DNA of 64,000 nt from Candidatus Iainarchaeum sp. (GTDB lineage: Archaea; Iainarchaeota; Iainarchaeia; Iainarchaeales; JAZDFD01): contig JAZDFD010000028.1 in NCBI GenBank assembly GCA_043808155.1, positions 17,870 through 81,869 of the forward strand. Direction: 5' to 3'. The stretch's first letter is position 1. Every line of letters starts with the position of its first letter. Below, piece after piece: positions 1 to 9,224 of the stretch. Made by a program: the position numbers and the translations under genes. The notes below the pieces were generated by a model, which saw only the letters and a list, made by a program, of their open reading frames with translations, did not search any database and was not told the origin of the DNA.

Positions 1-2
1 TC

Positions 3-1100
3 TATCTGAATATTGGGGATCCTAATGTATATGATTATGAAACCCCTAAGCATATTGTAGATGCTATTTTTAAAAATGAAAAAACGCATGAAGGTTATTC
101 ACACGCATTAGGAGAATTAAGTGCAAGAGAAGCAGTTTTCAGAGAATGCGAAAGAAACGGAATTAAAAATCTGGAATTAGATGACATAGTTTTAACTGTC
201 GGCGGGAGTGAAGGGATTAATTTTGTGCTTAGTGCATTGCTGAATTCAAATGATGATATTTTGATTCCGAGTCCGGGTTATTCATTATACAATGCAGTTT
301 TGAGATTGATTGGTTGTGAGGAAAATTCATATTATTTAGATGAAGAAAACAACTGGCAAATTGATGTTGATGAATTAAAGAAAAGAAAAACAGAAAATAC
401 AAAAGCAATTGCAATTATAAATCCAAACAATCCAACTGGCGGGGTTTATTCAAAAAAAACACTGGAAGAAATAATTGATTTTGCAAATGATAATGATTTA
501 GTAATTGTGAGTGATGAAACTTATGATAAACTGATTTTTGATGGAATGAAACACAATTATTTAGGGAGTATGACAACAGATGTGCCTGTGATTACATTGG
601 GCTCACTAAGCAAAAATTATTTGATGCCTGGTTACAGAGCAGGTTGGATTGCATTTTCTGCACCTGAAAATAGATTGAGCGAAGTAAATGAAGCAGTGAA
701 AAAATTATGCAAATGCAGACTTTCAAATGTTAATCCAGTCCAGCCAGCGTATAAAGCAGCTTACGAGGGTCCCCAGGAACATCTGAAAGATTTGGTTGAA
801 AAACTGCAGAAGCGAAGAGACATAGCATATAAGAGATTAAATGAAATTGAAGGACTTTCATGCATTAAACCGCAAGGCGCATTTTATGCTTTTCCAAAAA
901 TTGAAGTCCCTGTGAAATCAGATAAAGACTTTGTTTTGGATTTGTTAAGAACAAAAGGCGTGCTTACTGTTTTTGGTGCAGGTTTTGGGCAGAAAGAAGG
1001 AACAAATCATTTCAGAATTGTTTTTTTACCGAATGAAGAAATTCTTTCAAGTGCATTTGATAAAATTGAAGAATTTATTAAAGAAAAGTATTTGAAGTGA
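3..1100 (+). CDS. Class I/II PLP aminotransferase (alanine aminotransferase-like), 5'-truncated by window edge
   Basis: Frame open from base 3 (YLNIGDP...); INPNNPTG, SDETY, SLSK PLP lysine motif. Confidence 0.9.
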   Translation, partial: YLNIGDPNVYDYETPKHIVDAIFKNEKTHEGYSHALGELSAREAVFRECERNGIKNLELDDIVLTVGGSEGINFVLSALLNSNDDILIPSPGYSLYNAVLRLIGCEENSYYLDEENNWQIDVDELKKRKTENTKAIAIINPNNPTGGVYSKKTLEEIIDFANDNDLVIVSDETYDKLIFDGMKHNYLGSMTTDVPVITLGSLSKNYLMPGYRAGWIAFSAPENRLSEVNEAVKKLCKCRLSNVNPVQPAYKAAYEGPQEHLKDLVEKLQKRRDIAYKRLNEIEGLSCIKPQGAFYAFPKIEVPVKSDKDFVLDLLRTKGVLTVFGAGFGQKEGTNHFRIVFLPNEEILSSAFDKIEEFIKEKYLK

Positions 1101-1136
1101 GTTTTGAAAAGATAGGGGCAAAAGCCAAAATGGATT

Positions 1137-2714
1137 TCAAAGATGAATTCCTGCATCTGAAATGTCTTTTGGAATGCATTTCATTTCAGTAAATCTTTTT
1201 TCAAAAAGTGCAGCTAATTTTTTTGCCTGTGAAATATATGCATCTTTATCTTTCCAGAGGTTTTCTGGATTGAGATAGTCGTCAGGTACGTTGGGGCAAT
1301 GGGTTGGCATTTCAAGATTGAATATTTTATGGGTAGTGTATTCTGCATTATTTAGTTTTCCTGATGTTGCAGCATTAACCATTGCACGCGAGTAATCAAT
1401 ATCAATTCTTGAACCAACACCAGCGGGACCATAACCCCAGCCAGTGTTAATCATAAACACAGATGTATTATGAGTGTCTAATTTCTGTTTTAATAATTCA
1501 AGATACTTTGAGTGTTTTGCAGGCATAAAAGGTTCGCCAAAGAAAACTGAAAAAGTGGGAACTGGTTCATTTATTCCTCGTTCAGTTCCTGCAAGTTTGC
1601 TTGTGTAACCAGCTGCAAAGAAATAAAGTGCCTGTTGTTTTGAAAGCTTTGAAATGAAAGGCATTACTCCAAATGCATCCGCAGTTAAAAAAATTATTGT
1701 TTTGGGATGACCTGAAACACCAGAAAGTTTCATTGAGGGAATGTGTGTTAAAGGATAAGCTGCACGTGAGTTTTCTGTGATGGAAGCATCATCATAATCA
1801 TAAGAACTGTCTTCACGCATTACTGCATTTTCAACTAATGTTCCGTGTTTTATTGCATCCCAAATTTGAGGTTCTTTTTCTTTATTTAATTTGATGCACT
1901 TTGCATAACACCCTCCTTCAAAATTAAAAACTCCAATATCACTCCATCCGTGTTCGTCGTCCCCTACTAATACACGTGAAGGGTCATTTGAAAGTGTTGT
2001 TTTTCCTGTTCCTGAAAGACCAAAGAAAAGCGCAGAGTTTCCTTCTGAATCTTCATTTGCAGAACAATGCATTGGAAGAACATCTTTAAATGTGAGAATA
2101 TAATTCATAACCGTGAAAATTGATTTTTTTATTTCACCAATGTATTTTGTGCTTCCAATAAGAACAATTTTCTTTTCAAAATTCAAAATAATAAATGCTT
2201 CTGAATTTGTTCCGTCAAGTTCTGGAACTGCTTTCAGAGAAGGTGCACTTAAAACAGTATAATCAGGAATGTGGTTTTCTAATTCTTCTTTTGATGGACG
2301 TATGAATAAATTATTGCTTGCAAGTGCCTGCGATGCTAATTCAGAAACAACTCTCAATTTCAAAGAGTAGTTTTTATCTGCACCAACTGAACCATCAAAA
2401 ATGAAAAGTTCATCTTTTTCATTTAAATGTGAAATTGTTTTTTTGTAAAGTTTATCAAAAGTTTCTGTGCTTATTGGTTTATTGGCTGAGTTCCATTCAA
2501 CATATGATTTTACAGACTCTGACTCAACAATAAATCTGTCATTCGGAGAACGGCCAGTGTAAGGTGAAGTGTTTACTGATAGAGATTTATTTTTTGCAAT
2601 CACGCCTTCTTTTCTTTCAACTGCTTTTTCAATAAGTTCTTCAACACTGAGATTTCTGTGTATTTTTCCTTTTGGGATTATTCCAATTTTTTCAAGATTA
2701 AAAGTTTCAGACAT
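1137..2714 (-). CDS. pckA: ATP-dependent phosphoenolpyruvate carboxykinase
   Basis: YTGRSP, GEIKKSIF, PMHCSAN, FGLSGTGKTTLS, GDDEHGW, NFEGGCYAK motifs. Confidence 0.95.
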   Translation of the reverse strand: MSETFNLEKIGIIPKGKIHRNLSVEELIEKAVERKEGVIAKNKSLSVNTSPYTGRSPNDRFIVESESVKSYVEWNSANKPISTETFDKLYKKTISHLNEKDELFIFDGSVGADKNYSLKLRVVSELASQALASNNLFIRPSKEELENHIPDYTVLSAPSLKAVPELDGTNSEAFIILNFEKKIVLIGSTKYIGEIKKSIFTVMNYILTFKDVLPMHCSANEDSEGNSALFFGLSGTGKTTLSNDPSRVLVGDDEHGWSDIGVFNFEGGCYAKCIKLNKEKEPQIWDAIKHGTLVENAVMREDSSYDYDDASITENSRAAYPLTHIPSMKLSGVSGHPKTIIFLTADAFGVMPFISKLSKQQALYFFAAGYTSKLAGTERGINEPVPTFSVFFGEPFMPAKHSKYLELLKQKLDTHNTSVFMINTGWGYGPAGVGSRIDIDYSRAMVNAATSGKLNNAEYTTHKIFNLEMPTHCPNVPDDYLNPENLWKDKDAYISQAKKLAALFEKRFTEMKCIPKDISDAGIHL

Positions 2715-2850
2715 TATATTTCACTCTAAATATTGATATAATGAAAATATTAAAAGCTTAAAGGGAAATGCCTTGATAATCTTTAATTGTCTAAATAGTC
2801 TCAAATCTTCTTTTGGAAATGTTTAAATATCAAAAAACCCTACTTCTGAT

Positions 2851-3633
2851 ATGAAAAAGTTATTTGTTTTAGCATCGCTCATAGCACTTCTAATTTTAGC
2901 AGGGTGTACTGAACCTTCAATTCCTAGTGAGTCTGACCCGAATTCAGATGAAAATTTAAATGCTGACTCAGATAGTGATGCAAACGAAGAAGCAGATAAT
3001 TGTGCAGAAGTAACTTGTGATGATTATTGCGATGGTAATGCACGTTATCATGATGCGTATTGTGATGATGGAGAATGTGTAATGTATGTTGCTACAGTGT
3101 GTCCTTTTGGTTGCCATCAGAATGGAAGTACTAAATGTAAAGAACCCCCTGTAGGAGTAATTTTTATCTCAAGTGAAAAGTGGTTTGGCAATTTAGACGG
3201 ACTTTCGGGAGCAGACTCAAAATGCCAGAATGCTGCAAATAATGCTGAGCATACAGGAACATGGAAAGCCTTAATCAGCACTTCAACTGTCAATGCAAAA
3301 GACAGAATTCCCGATACTGTTTTCTATTTAATTGATGGGACAATTATTGCAAACAGCAAAGCAGATTTGTTTGATGGTACGATTCAAAACCAACTAGAAT
3401 TGGATGAATATGGGTTTAGCCAATACCCTGCGCCTGTCTTTACAGGAACTGATGATGATGGTACTGTAAAGGAAGATCAAGGAATTACAAAGACTTGTGG
3501 TGATTGGACTGTTGCCTCGGGAGATGGGGGGATTGGTGTAGGTACTACTAATACTACTTCATGGATAGATTCGGGGTATTTTAATAGCTGCGGACATGAG
3601 CAACGAAGCTTGTACTGTGTCAGAACTGCTTAA
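2851..3633 (+). CDS. Cys-rich lipoprotein with C-terminal DUF1554/endostatin-like domain
   Basis: Lipobox LAGC, acidic linker, Cys-rich segment, GNLDGLSGADSKCQ...WKALIS...LYCV pattern. Confidence 0.65.
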   Translation: MKKLFVLASLIALLILAGCTEPSIPSESDPNSDENLNADSDSDANEEADNCAEVTCDDYCDGNARYHDAYCDDGECVMYVATVCPFGCHQNGSTKCKEPPVGVIFISSEKWFGNLDGLSGADSKCQNAANNAEHTGTWKALISTSTVNAKDRIPDTVFYLIDGTIIANSKADLFDGTIQNQLELDEYGFSQYPAPVFTGTDDDGTVKEDQGITKTCGDWTVASGDGGIGVGTTNTTSWIDSGYFNSCGHEQRSLYCVRTA

Positions 3634-3718
3634 TGTAAATTAGGGGATTTCCTAACTAAAAGAAACGCTTTAAAATGATTAAAAGCGTATAATTAGTATC
3701 TTGTGAGGTGAGATTTTT

Positions 3719-5836
3719 ATGAAACATGAAAAAGGATTTTCTGGGATGGATATCGCAATTATGGCTATTGCAGGTCTTTTGATTGCAGCTGGACTTATTG
3801 CAGTTGTTGCAATTCCGGGACCAATTGACAACACATTTGAGTTTTCAGATGTTCCTAAATTTGAATCATGCAGTGCAATAAAAACTGCATTTGAGGATGC
3901 GCAAGATCAGGGCTACCGCGGTTATGGCGGAGAAATGATGCTTGATATGATGGTGCCTACAATGAGTGCAACATCTGAAAAATCTTTTGCAGAAAGTGCA
4001 GACAGTGCAGGTAGTAATGGTGCAAGTGCAACTCCAAATTATTCTGAAACAAATGTTCAGGTTCAGGGAGTTGATGAAGCAGATATTGTGAAAACTGACG
4101 GAAAATATATTTACACAATTACAAGAAATAAATTAACAATTTCAAAAGCATATCCTGCAGAAGATGCAGAAGTTCTTTCAGTAACTGATTTGAAAAATTT
4201 AACACCAAATGAAATGTTCATAGAAGATGATGTTGTTCTTGTGTTTGGAAGTTACTATGACGAAGTAAGAACTTTTGAACAGGGTCAAACTGGTGTCACA
4301 TCAAAGGAGTCACAGCCAGGTGTTGCAACAAGTGAAATGGCTATTGCACCGGACATGATGCCGTATCCATATTACAACAGAAATCTTACAAGATTGCAGT
4401 TGTGGGATATTTCAGACAGAGAAAATCCTAAATTAGAAAGAACTGTTGATTTTGAAGGAAGTTATTTAACCTCAAGAAAAATAGATGACATTGCATACTT
4501 TGTAATCAATACATATCCAAGTTACTATTATGGAATGGCAGAAACAGCAGATGATGAAACAATACTTCCTGTTTTCAGAGACACTAAACAATCAGATGAA
4601 TTTACTGCAGTTTCACGATGTGTTGATGTTGGTTATTTGCAGCCAATACAACCAAACAACTTTGTAACTGTTGGTTCAATTTCAATGAAAGATTTAGATA
4701 AAGAAGTTAAGAAAGAAACTGTTGTTGCATCAGGACAGAATGTTTATGCATCAGCAAATAATCTTTACTTAGCAGAAGTTGACTATCAATATCCTGAACC
4801 AATACCACTAGTAGACGACATAATGCCAGTGCAAAGATGGGAAGTTAAACAAGTAACTAATGTTCACAAATTTGCACTAAAAAATGGTTCAATTGCATAC
4901 CAGGGAATGGGTTCAGCGCCAGGAAATATTCTGAATCAGTTCTCAATGGATGAATATGATGACCATTTCAGAATTGCAACAACAATAGGAAATGTTTCAA
5001 GAGCAGGAGGGGGTTCAGCAAACAACATATATGTGTTTGATGATGAAATGAACCGTGTAGGTGCACTGGAAGACTTAGCCCCGGGTGAAGAAATTTACTC
5101 AATGAGGTTTATGGGTAAGAAAGGATATATGGTTACATTCAAAAAAATAGATCCTTTATTTGTGATTGATTTAAGCGACCATACAAATCCCAAAGTTCTG
5201 GGAAAACTGAAGATTCCTGGTTATTCAGATTACCTGCACCCTTTTGATGAAACACACATAATTGGAGTTGGGAAAGCCGCAGTTGAAGCAGAAGGTGAGT
5301 GGGGCGACTTTGCATGGTATCAGGGCATAAAAATAGCATTATTTGACGTAAGTGATGTTGAAAACCCGAAAGAAATGTACCAGATAGTAATTGGCGACAG
5401 AGGAACAGATTCATATGCACTAAATGACCACAAAGCATTCCTATTTGACAGAGAAAAGGAACTTTTGGTTTTGCCAATCACATTAGCAGAAATAAACGAA
5501 GCACAATATGGCAATGAAATACCTGATAGTGCATACGGGGACTTTGTGTATCAGGGGGCATATGTGTATAAATTGTCACTTGAAGACGGATTTGAGTTAA
5601 TAGGCAGAATAACACACTATGATGACGAAGATATCTTCAAAAAATCAGGTTATTACTACTATGGCGAGGACTATTCTGTGAAAAGGTCATTGTATATCGG
5701 TGATGTGCTGTACACTGTTTCAGATGCCAAAATCCTTGCAAACAACCTTAGTGATTTAGATTTGATTAAAGAACTGAGACTTTTAAGTGCAGATGAATTA
5801 AACACTAATGAATACAATACTGTTTACTGGGAATAA
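3719..5836 (+). CDS. Membrane-anchored beta-propeller domain protein (Beta_propel family)
   Basis: N-terminal TM; YSETNVQVQGVDEADIVKTDG, LNQFSMDEY, VTFKKIDPLFVIDL, LKIPGYSDYLHP. Confidence 0.85.
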   Translation: MKHEKGFSGMDIAIMAIAGLLIAAGLIAVVAIPGPIDNTFEFSDVPKFESCSAIKTAFEDAQDQGYRGYGGEMMLDMMVPTMSATSEKSFAESADSAGSNGASATPNYSETNVQVQGVDEADIVKTDGKYIYTITRNKLTISKAYPAEDAEVLSVTDLKNLTPNEMFIEDDVVLVFGSYYDEVRTFEQGQTGVTSKESQPGVATSEMAIAPDMMPYPYYNRNLTRLQLWDISDRENPKLERTVDFEGSYLTSRKIDDIAYFVINTYPSYYYGMAETADDETILPVFRDTKQSDEFTAVSRCVDVGYLQPIQPNNFVTVGSISMKDLDKEVKKETVVASGQNVYASANNLYLAEVDYQYPEPIPLVDDIMPVQRWEVKQVTNVHKFALKNGSIAYQGMGSAPGNILNQFSMDEYDDHFRIATTIGNVSRAGGGSANNIYVFDDEMNRVGALEDLAPGEEIYSMRFMGKKGYMVTFKKIDPLFVIDLSDHTNPKVLGKLKIPGYSDYLHPFDETHIIGVGKAAVEAEGEWGDFAWYQGIKIALFDVSDVENPKEMYQIVIGDRGTDSYALNDHKAFLFDREKELLVLPITLAEINEAQYGNEIPDSAYGDFVYQGAYVYKLSLEDGFELIGRITHYDDEDIFKKSGYYYYGEDYSVKRSLYIGDVLYTVSDAKILANNLSDLDLIKELRLLSADELNTNEYNTVYWE

Positions 5837-5875
5837 TCCCAGTACTTTTTATTTTTTAGGCTTTTTTTTCTGTTT
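5825..5875 (+). terminator. Hairpin plus T-tract terminator overlapping the stop codon
   Basis: TACTGGGA-ATAA-TCCCAGTA followed by T runs. Confidence 0.55.
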
Positions 5876-5949
5876 TAAGCATAACGAATAAATAATATTT
5901 GTTACACAACATAGTATAATTTAAAAAGTAATTATGTTATGGTGTTAAA

Positions 5950-6192
5950 ATGGGATTAAGAGATTTTGTTCGGTCAGCAGTGAAAAATACGCCTCCAAGA
6001 ATTGTCAATACTACACAGGGTATGACAAAAATGATTGGAGATGACAATCAACCAACAGGCAGTCTGGCATCAGCTAAAAATACAAGCTGGGAAGAGTGCA
6101 AACATCTGAAAAAAACAACTAATCACAGCCTCTGTACCAAGTTCTCTGCTTTTTGCGCAAAAGAAAGATGCCCAAAAAAATACATGAGATAG
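5950..6192 (+). CDS. Small hypothetical protein with C-terminal four-Cys cluster
   Basis: GGTG SD; ECKHL...LCTKFSAFCAKERCP. Confidence 0.6.
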   Translation: MGLRDFVRSAVKNTPPRIVNTTQGMTKMIGDDNQPTGSLASAKNTSWEECKHLKKTTNHSLCTKFSAFCAKERCPKKYMR

Positions 6193-6199
6193 TGATTTT

Positions 6200-6592
6200 A
6201 TGCCTTATATTGACTCAATGATCTTCAAAAAAAAAGGTGTCAAAAGAAGCCTTAAACTTATTCTTGAGGAAAATGAAAATATTCTCACATGCATTAAGCA
6301 GGGGATGAAAGAACATAATTTGTCAGAAGTGCAAATTCTCAGTATGACTGGAAAGATAAAAGAAGGCATTATGAGTTATCTAAATGGTTCTAAATATGTG
6401 GTTTATAATTTTGATAACAATGATGTTATGCTCGCGGGGGGGCAATACAAACTTTCATTTGGGGAACTTTTTGGAAGCCTTAGAATCACTGTAAAAGAAA
6501 ACAAAATACCGATAAATGGTGTTTTCTCAAAAGGCAAGGCAGCAGAAGGTTTGGAAATAAACCTGGAATTTACAGAATTTGTTGACCAATAG
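6200..6592 (+). CDS. PPC/DUF296-like protein, divergent
   Basis: Size and LEENENILTCI...ILSMTG pattern resemble DUF296; the HxH motif is missing. Confidence 0.45.
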   Translation: MPYIDSMIFKKKGVKRSLKLILEENENILTCIKQGMKEHNLSEVQILSMTGKIKEGIMSYLNGSKYVVYNFDNNDVMLAGGQYKLSFGELFGSLRITVKENKIPINGVFSKGKAAEGLEINLEFTEFVDQ

Positions 6593-6632
6593 AACAGGCT
6601 CTTTTTTATATTAGAAAAGTATAATATTAGCG

Positions 6633-7286
6633 ATGATTGCTACAGGAATTCCGGAATTAGATGCGATTATAAATCAAATTTTTCCCTATATAGAAGCAAA
6701 TCTTTTGACAGTGGTAACACAGACAATTGCGATTGTAATTTACGGAGTTGCAATTTTTCATTTTTACAGATTTGTTGCAAGAAAAGATGTATTCGGGTTT
6801 GACATGACTGATTATCTGCAGGGTCAGAAAGCATTTCTTTCAAAAATAACAGATACTTTCGCTGGTGCAATTTCATATGGTTTGGTTTTTCCGTTATTTG
6901 TTTTCTTGTGGTTTATGGGATTTGCAATTTTATTGTTTTTTCTTACAAGAACAACAGACATACCGCAGATTCTTTTGATTTCAATTGCAATTGTTTCTGC
7001 AATTAGAATTACAGCATATTATAGTGAAGATCTTTCAAAAGATCTTGCAAAAATGCTGCCGTTTGCATTATTAGCAATTGCGATTGTTGAGCCTTCATTT
7101 TTCACAACTGCAACATCATTAGCAAATGTAATGAATTTCCAAAATCACATTCCACAAATAATTGGATTTGCAGTAATTGTGATTCTTTTAGAATGGACAC
7201 TTAGAATTTTTGTATTTGTCAAAAGAGCATTGTTTGGTGTTGAAATTAAAAAAGAAAAACTTGAAGCTGAAGGACTTGAAGCTTAA
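6633..7286 (+). CDS. Hypothetical multi-pass membrane protein
   Basis: Several hydrophobic helices; YYSEDLSKDLAKMLPFALL loop. Confidence 0.7.
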   Translation: MIATGIPELDAIINQIFPYIEANLLTVVTQTIAIVIYGVAIFHFYRFVARKDVFGFDMTDYLQGQKAFLSKITDTFAGAISYGLVFPLFVFLWFMGFAILLFFLTRTTDIPQILLISIAIVSAIRITAYYSEDLSKDLAKMLPFALLAIAIVEPSFFTTATSLANVMNFQNHIPQIIGFAVIVILLEWTLRIFVFVKRALFGVEIKKEKLEAEGLEA

Positions 7287-7321
7287 TTTAGTCTCTAATT
7301 ATATATAATGTATATAAAAGA

Positions 7322-7369
7322 AATATAACTGATGAATATAACTAATATAACTGATGAATATAACTAATA
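7322..7369. repeat. 22-bp tandem duplication with internal AATATAACT units
   Basis: AATATAACTGATGAATATAACT at 7322-7343 and 7344-7365. Confidence 0.85.
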
Positions 7370-7403
7370 GAAAATACGCTGAAATTGAGTCCGCTACCTT
7401 AAT

Positions 7404-8489
7404 TCATTTCTTCAGTTCAATTGTCTGGGTCGGGAATGCGAAACTAATTTTTGCTTTTTCAAAGCGTTCTTTGATTTCTAAATTCACATCATTAATAGTT
7501 TGTGTTATTTTGCCCCAGTCTCTTTCTTCAATCCAGTAAAATACATCAATGTTTAATGAAAAGTCTGCAAATTCTTTGAAATAAATGATGGGATTTTCTG
7601 TTATGTTTTTATGTGATGCAAGAATTTCTTTCAGAATCTTTAATGCTTCTTTTTGTTTTGCAACAGTAGTATCATAAGTTGTTCCAAGAGTCACTGTAAC
7701 TTTTCTTGCAGGTTCTGAAGAAACATTTGTAATTGCAGTTGATGCAACTTTTGCATTAGGAATTGTAATTAAGCGCCCATCTAAACTTCTGATTCTTGTG
7801 TTTCTTAAACCAACTTCTTCAACCACGCCGTCGAGACCGTCGAATTTCACGCGGTCACCTGTAACAAAAGGCTTTCCTGTGAAAATTGAAAAACCACCAA
7901 AGATATCAGATAATGTTTGCTGTGCTGCAAATGCTAATGCCAAACCACCAATACCGAGACCTGCAATTATTGCAGTAATGTCCTGGCCAACGTGGCCAAG
8001 AATTGCAAGCAGTGTTAAACCAATAATAACTATTTTCAGGACTTTTGAAATTATCGGCATTAGCTGGTCGTCAAGTTTTGAATCTGTTTTGGAAACAATT
8101 GGTTTTATTATTTGCTCAAGAAAATGGTCAACTGCTTTTACTGCAGTGTATGCAACTGCAAGCAGTATAAGAATGTAAGTTATATTATCAAAAAGTCCGA
8201 GAATTGCAACATCCGTAATTGCAAGGAATGCGAATGCAATCTGCAAACCGACAATAATGAAAATAAAAACAATTGGTTCTTCAACAATGTCTAAAATTAA
8301 ATCATCAATATTTGATTTACTTTTTGCAGTTATTTGTCGACCCACGGTCTGAGCGAGTTTGTATATTATTTTTCCGACAATGAAAAACAAAATCATTGTT
8401 CCAATGAACAATAAATATCGGGATAGAGGAATCCCATAGAACATCTGGGGGAACATTGGATCCACAATTGATGTAAATATATCGAACAT
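7404..8489 (-). CDS. mscS: MscS-family mechanosensitive channel
   Basis: AGLGIGGLALAFAAQ, PFVTGDRV, GVVEEVGLRNTRIR, IPNAKV, FAFPTQT. Confidence 0.93.
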   Translation of the reverse strand: MFDIFTSIVDPMFPQMFYGIPLSRYLLFIGTMILFFIVGKIIYKLAQTVGRQITAKSKSNIDDLILDIVEEPIVFIFIIVGLQIAFAFLAITDVAILGLFDNITYILILLAVAYTAVKAVDHFLEQIIKPIVSKTDSKLDDQLMPIISKVLKIVIIGLTLLAILGHVGQDITAIIAGLGIGGLALAFAAQQTLSDIFGGFSIFTGKPFVTGDRVKFDGLDGVVEEVGLRNTRIRSLDGRLITIPNAKVASTAITNVSSEPARKVTVTLGTTYDTTVAKQKEALKILKEILASHKNITENPIIYFKEFADFSLNIDVFYWIEERDWGKITQTINDVNLEIKERFEKAKISFAFPTQTIELKK

Positions 8490-8496
8490 AACTCAA

Positions 8497-8822
8497 ATAT
8501 ACATAAACAAAGTATTTAAAGGTAATTAATGTGTCATAGCGAACAACGTGAGCGTACCCGATTTCTGCTTTAGCAGAAATGGGCGCATTTCAGCAGAGCT
8601 GAAATAGCGTGACACCCGTACTCGCCGGACGTGACGGCGATATACATAAACAAAGTATTTAAAGCTAATCCAAAAGCGAACAAAGTGAGCAAGTACTACC
8701 GAGCCAAAGCGAAGTGTACTCAAGCTCGAGGATTGAGCCTCGCGGGCGTTCGGCGCTGGACGTAACGGCGAGCGGAGCGAGATGTGGCACCACAGTGCCA
8801 CGCGCACCAGCCTGGCGCTCGG
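8497..8822. repeat. GC-rich composite palindromic repeat hub made of two related units
   Basis: 25-bp direct repeat 8497-8521/8640-8664; hairpin modules shared with 31341-31395 and 42247-42280. Confidence 0.85.
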
Positions 8823-8823
8823 C

Positions 8824-8961
8824 TTTATAAAACTTTCCCAATTATAATATGTAAAATAAAAGAGACACATGTGTGTCGATTTTTCCAGCTACTATGAAAC
8901 CCTCGTGAATTGATGCCAAAACAAAGAATTACGCGATTTTAGAGATGTTTCCGGAAAAATC
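8824..8961 (+). promoter_or_regulatory. TATA box and structured 5' leader of the RNA polymerase operon
   Basis: TTTATAAA at 8824; GATTTTTCC(8878-86)/GGAAAAATC(8953-61) enclosing nested stems. Confidence 0.45.
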
Positions 8962-8981
8962 ATCAATATATGGTGAGCTTG

Positions 8982-9212
8982 ATGGCGTTTAAGATTGGAG
9001 ACCACTTTTTAGTTCCGGAGCATATTATTATGCCTCCTGAAAAGGCAACTGAACTTCTTGAAAAACTTGGAATTACAAAAAAAGATATGCCAAAAATCCC
9101 GAAAAACGACACAGCCTTGAAAGATCTTAAACCTGTCAAAGGCGATATTATAAAAATTATAAGAGACAGCCCTACCGCAGGAAAAAGTGTATACTATAGG
9201 GTTGTAATTTAA
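8982..9212 (+). CDS. rpoH: RNA polymerase subunit H (Rpo5)
   Basis: HFLVPEH...PKI...GDIIKIIRDSPTAGKSVYYRVV; operon position. Confidence 0.95.
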   Translation: MAFKIGDHFLVPEHIIMPPEKATELLEKLGITKKDMPKIPKNDTALKDLKPVKGDIIKIIRDSPTAGKSVYYRVVI

Positions 9213-9224
9213 CTGGTGATATTT

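Noticed and set aside
7322-7369. 22-bp tandem repeat as a replication origin or iteron
   Set aside because: Only two units, located between convergent genes, with no ORB-like motif or cdc6 nearby.
8522-8822. GC-rich region as RNase P RNA, SRP RNA or tRNA
   Set aside because: No GAGGAAAGTCC-like region, SRP helix-8 motif or T-loop seen on either strand; its modules recur elsewhere as repeats.
8526-8870. 114-aa minus-strand ORF
   Set aside because: It runs through the palindromic hub with atypical composition and no SD, so it is probably a by-product.
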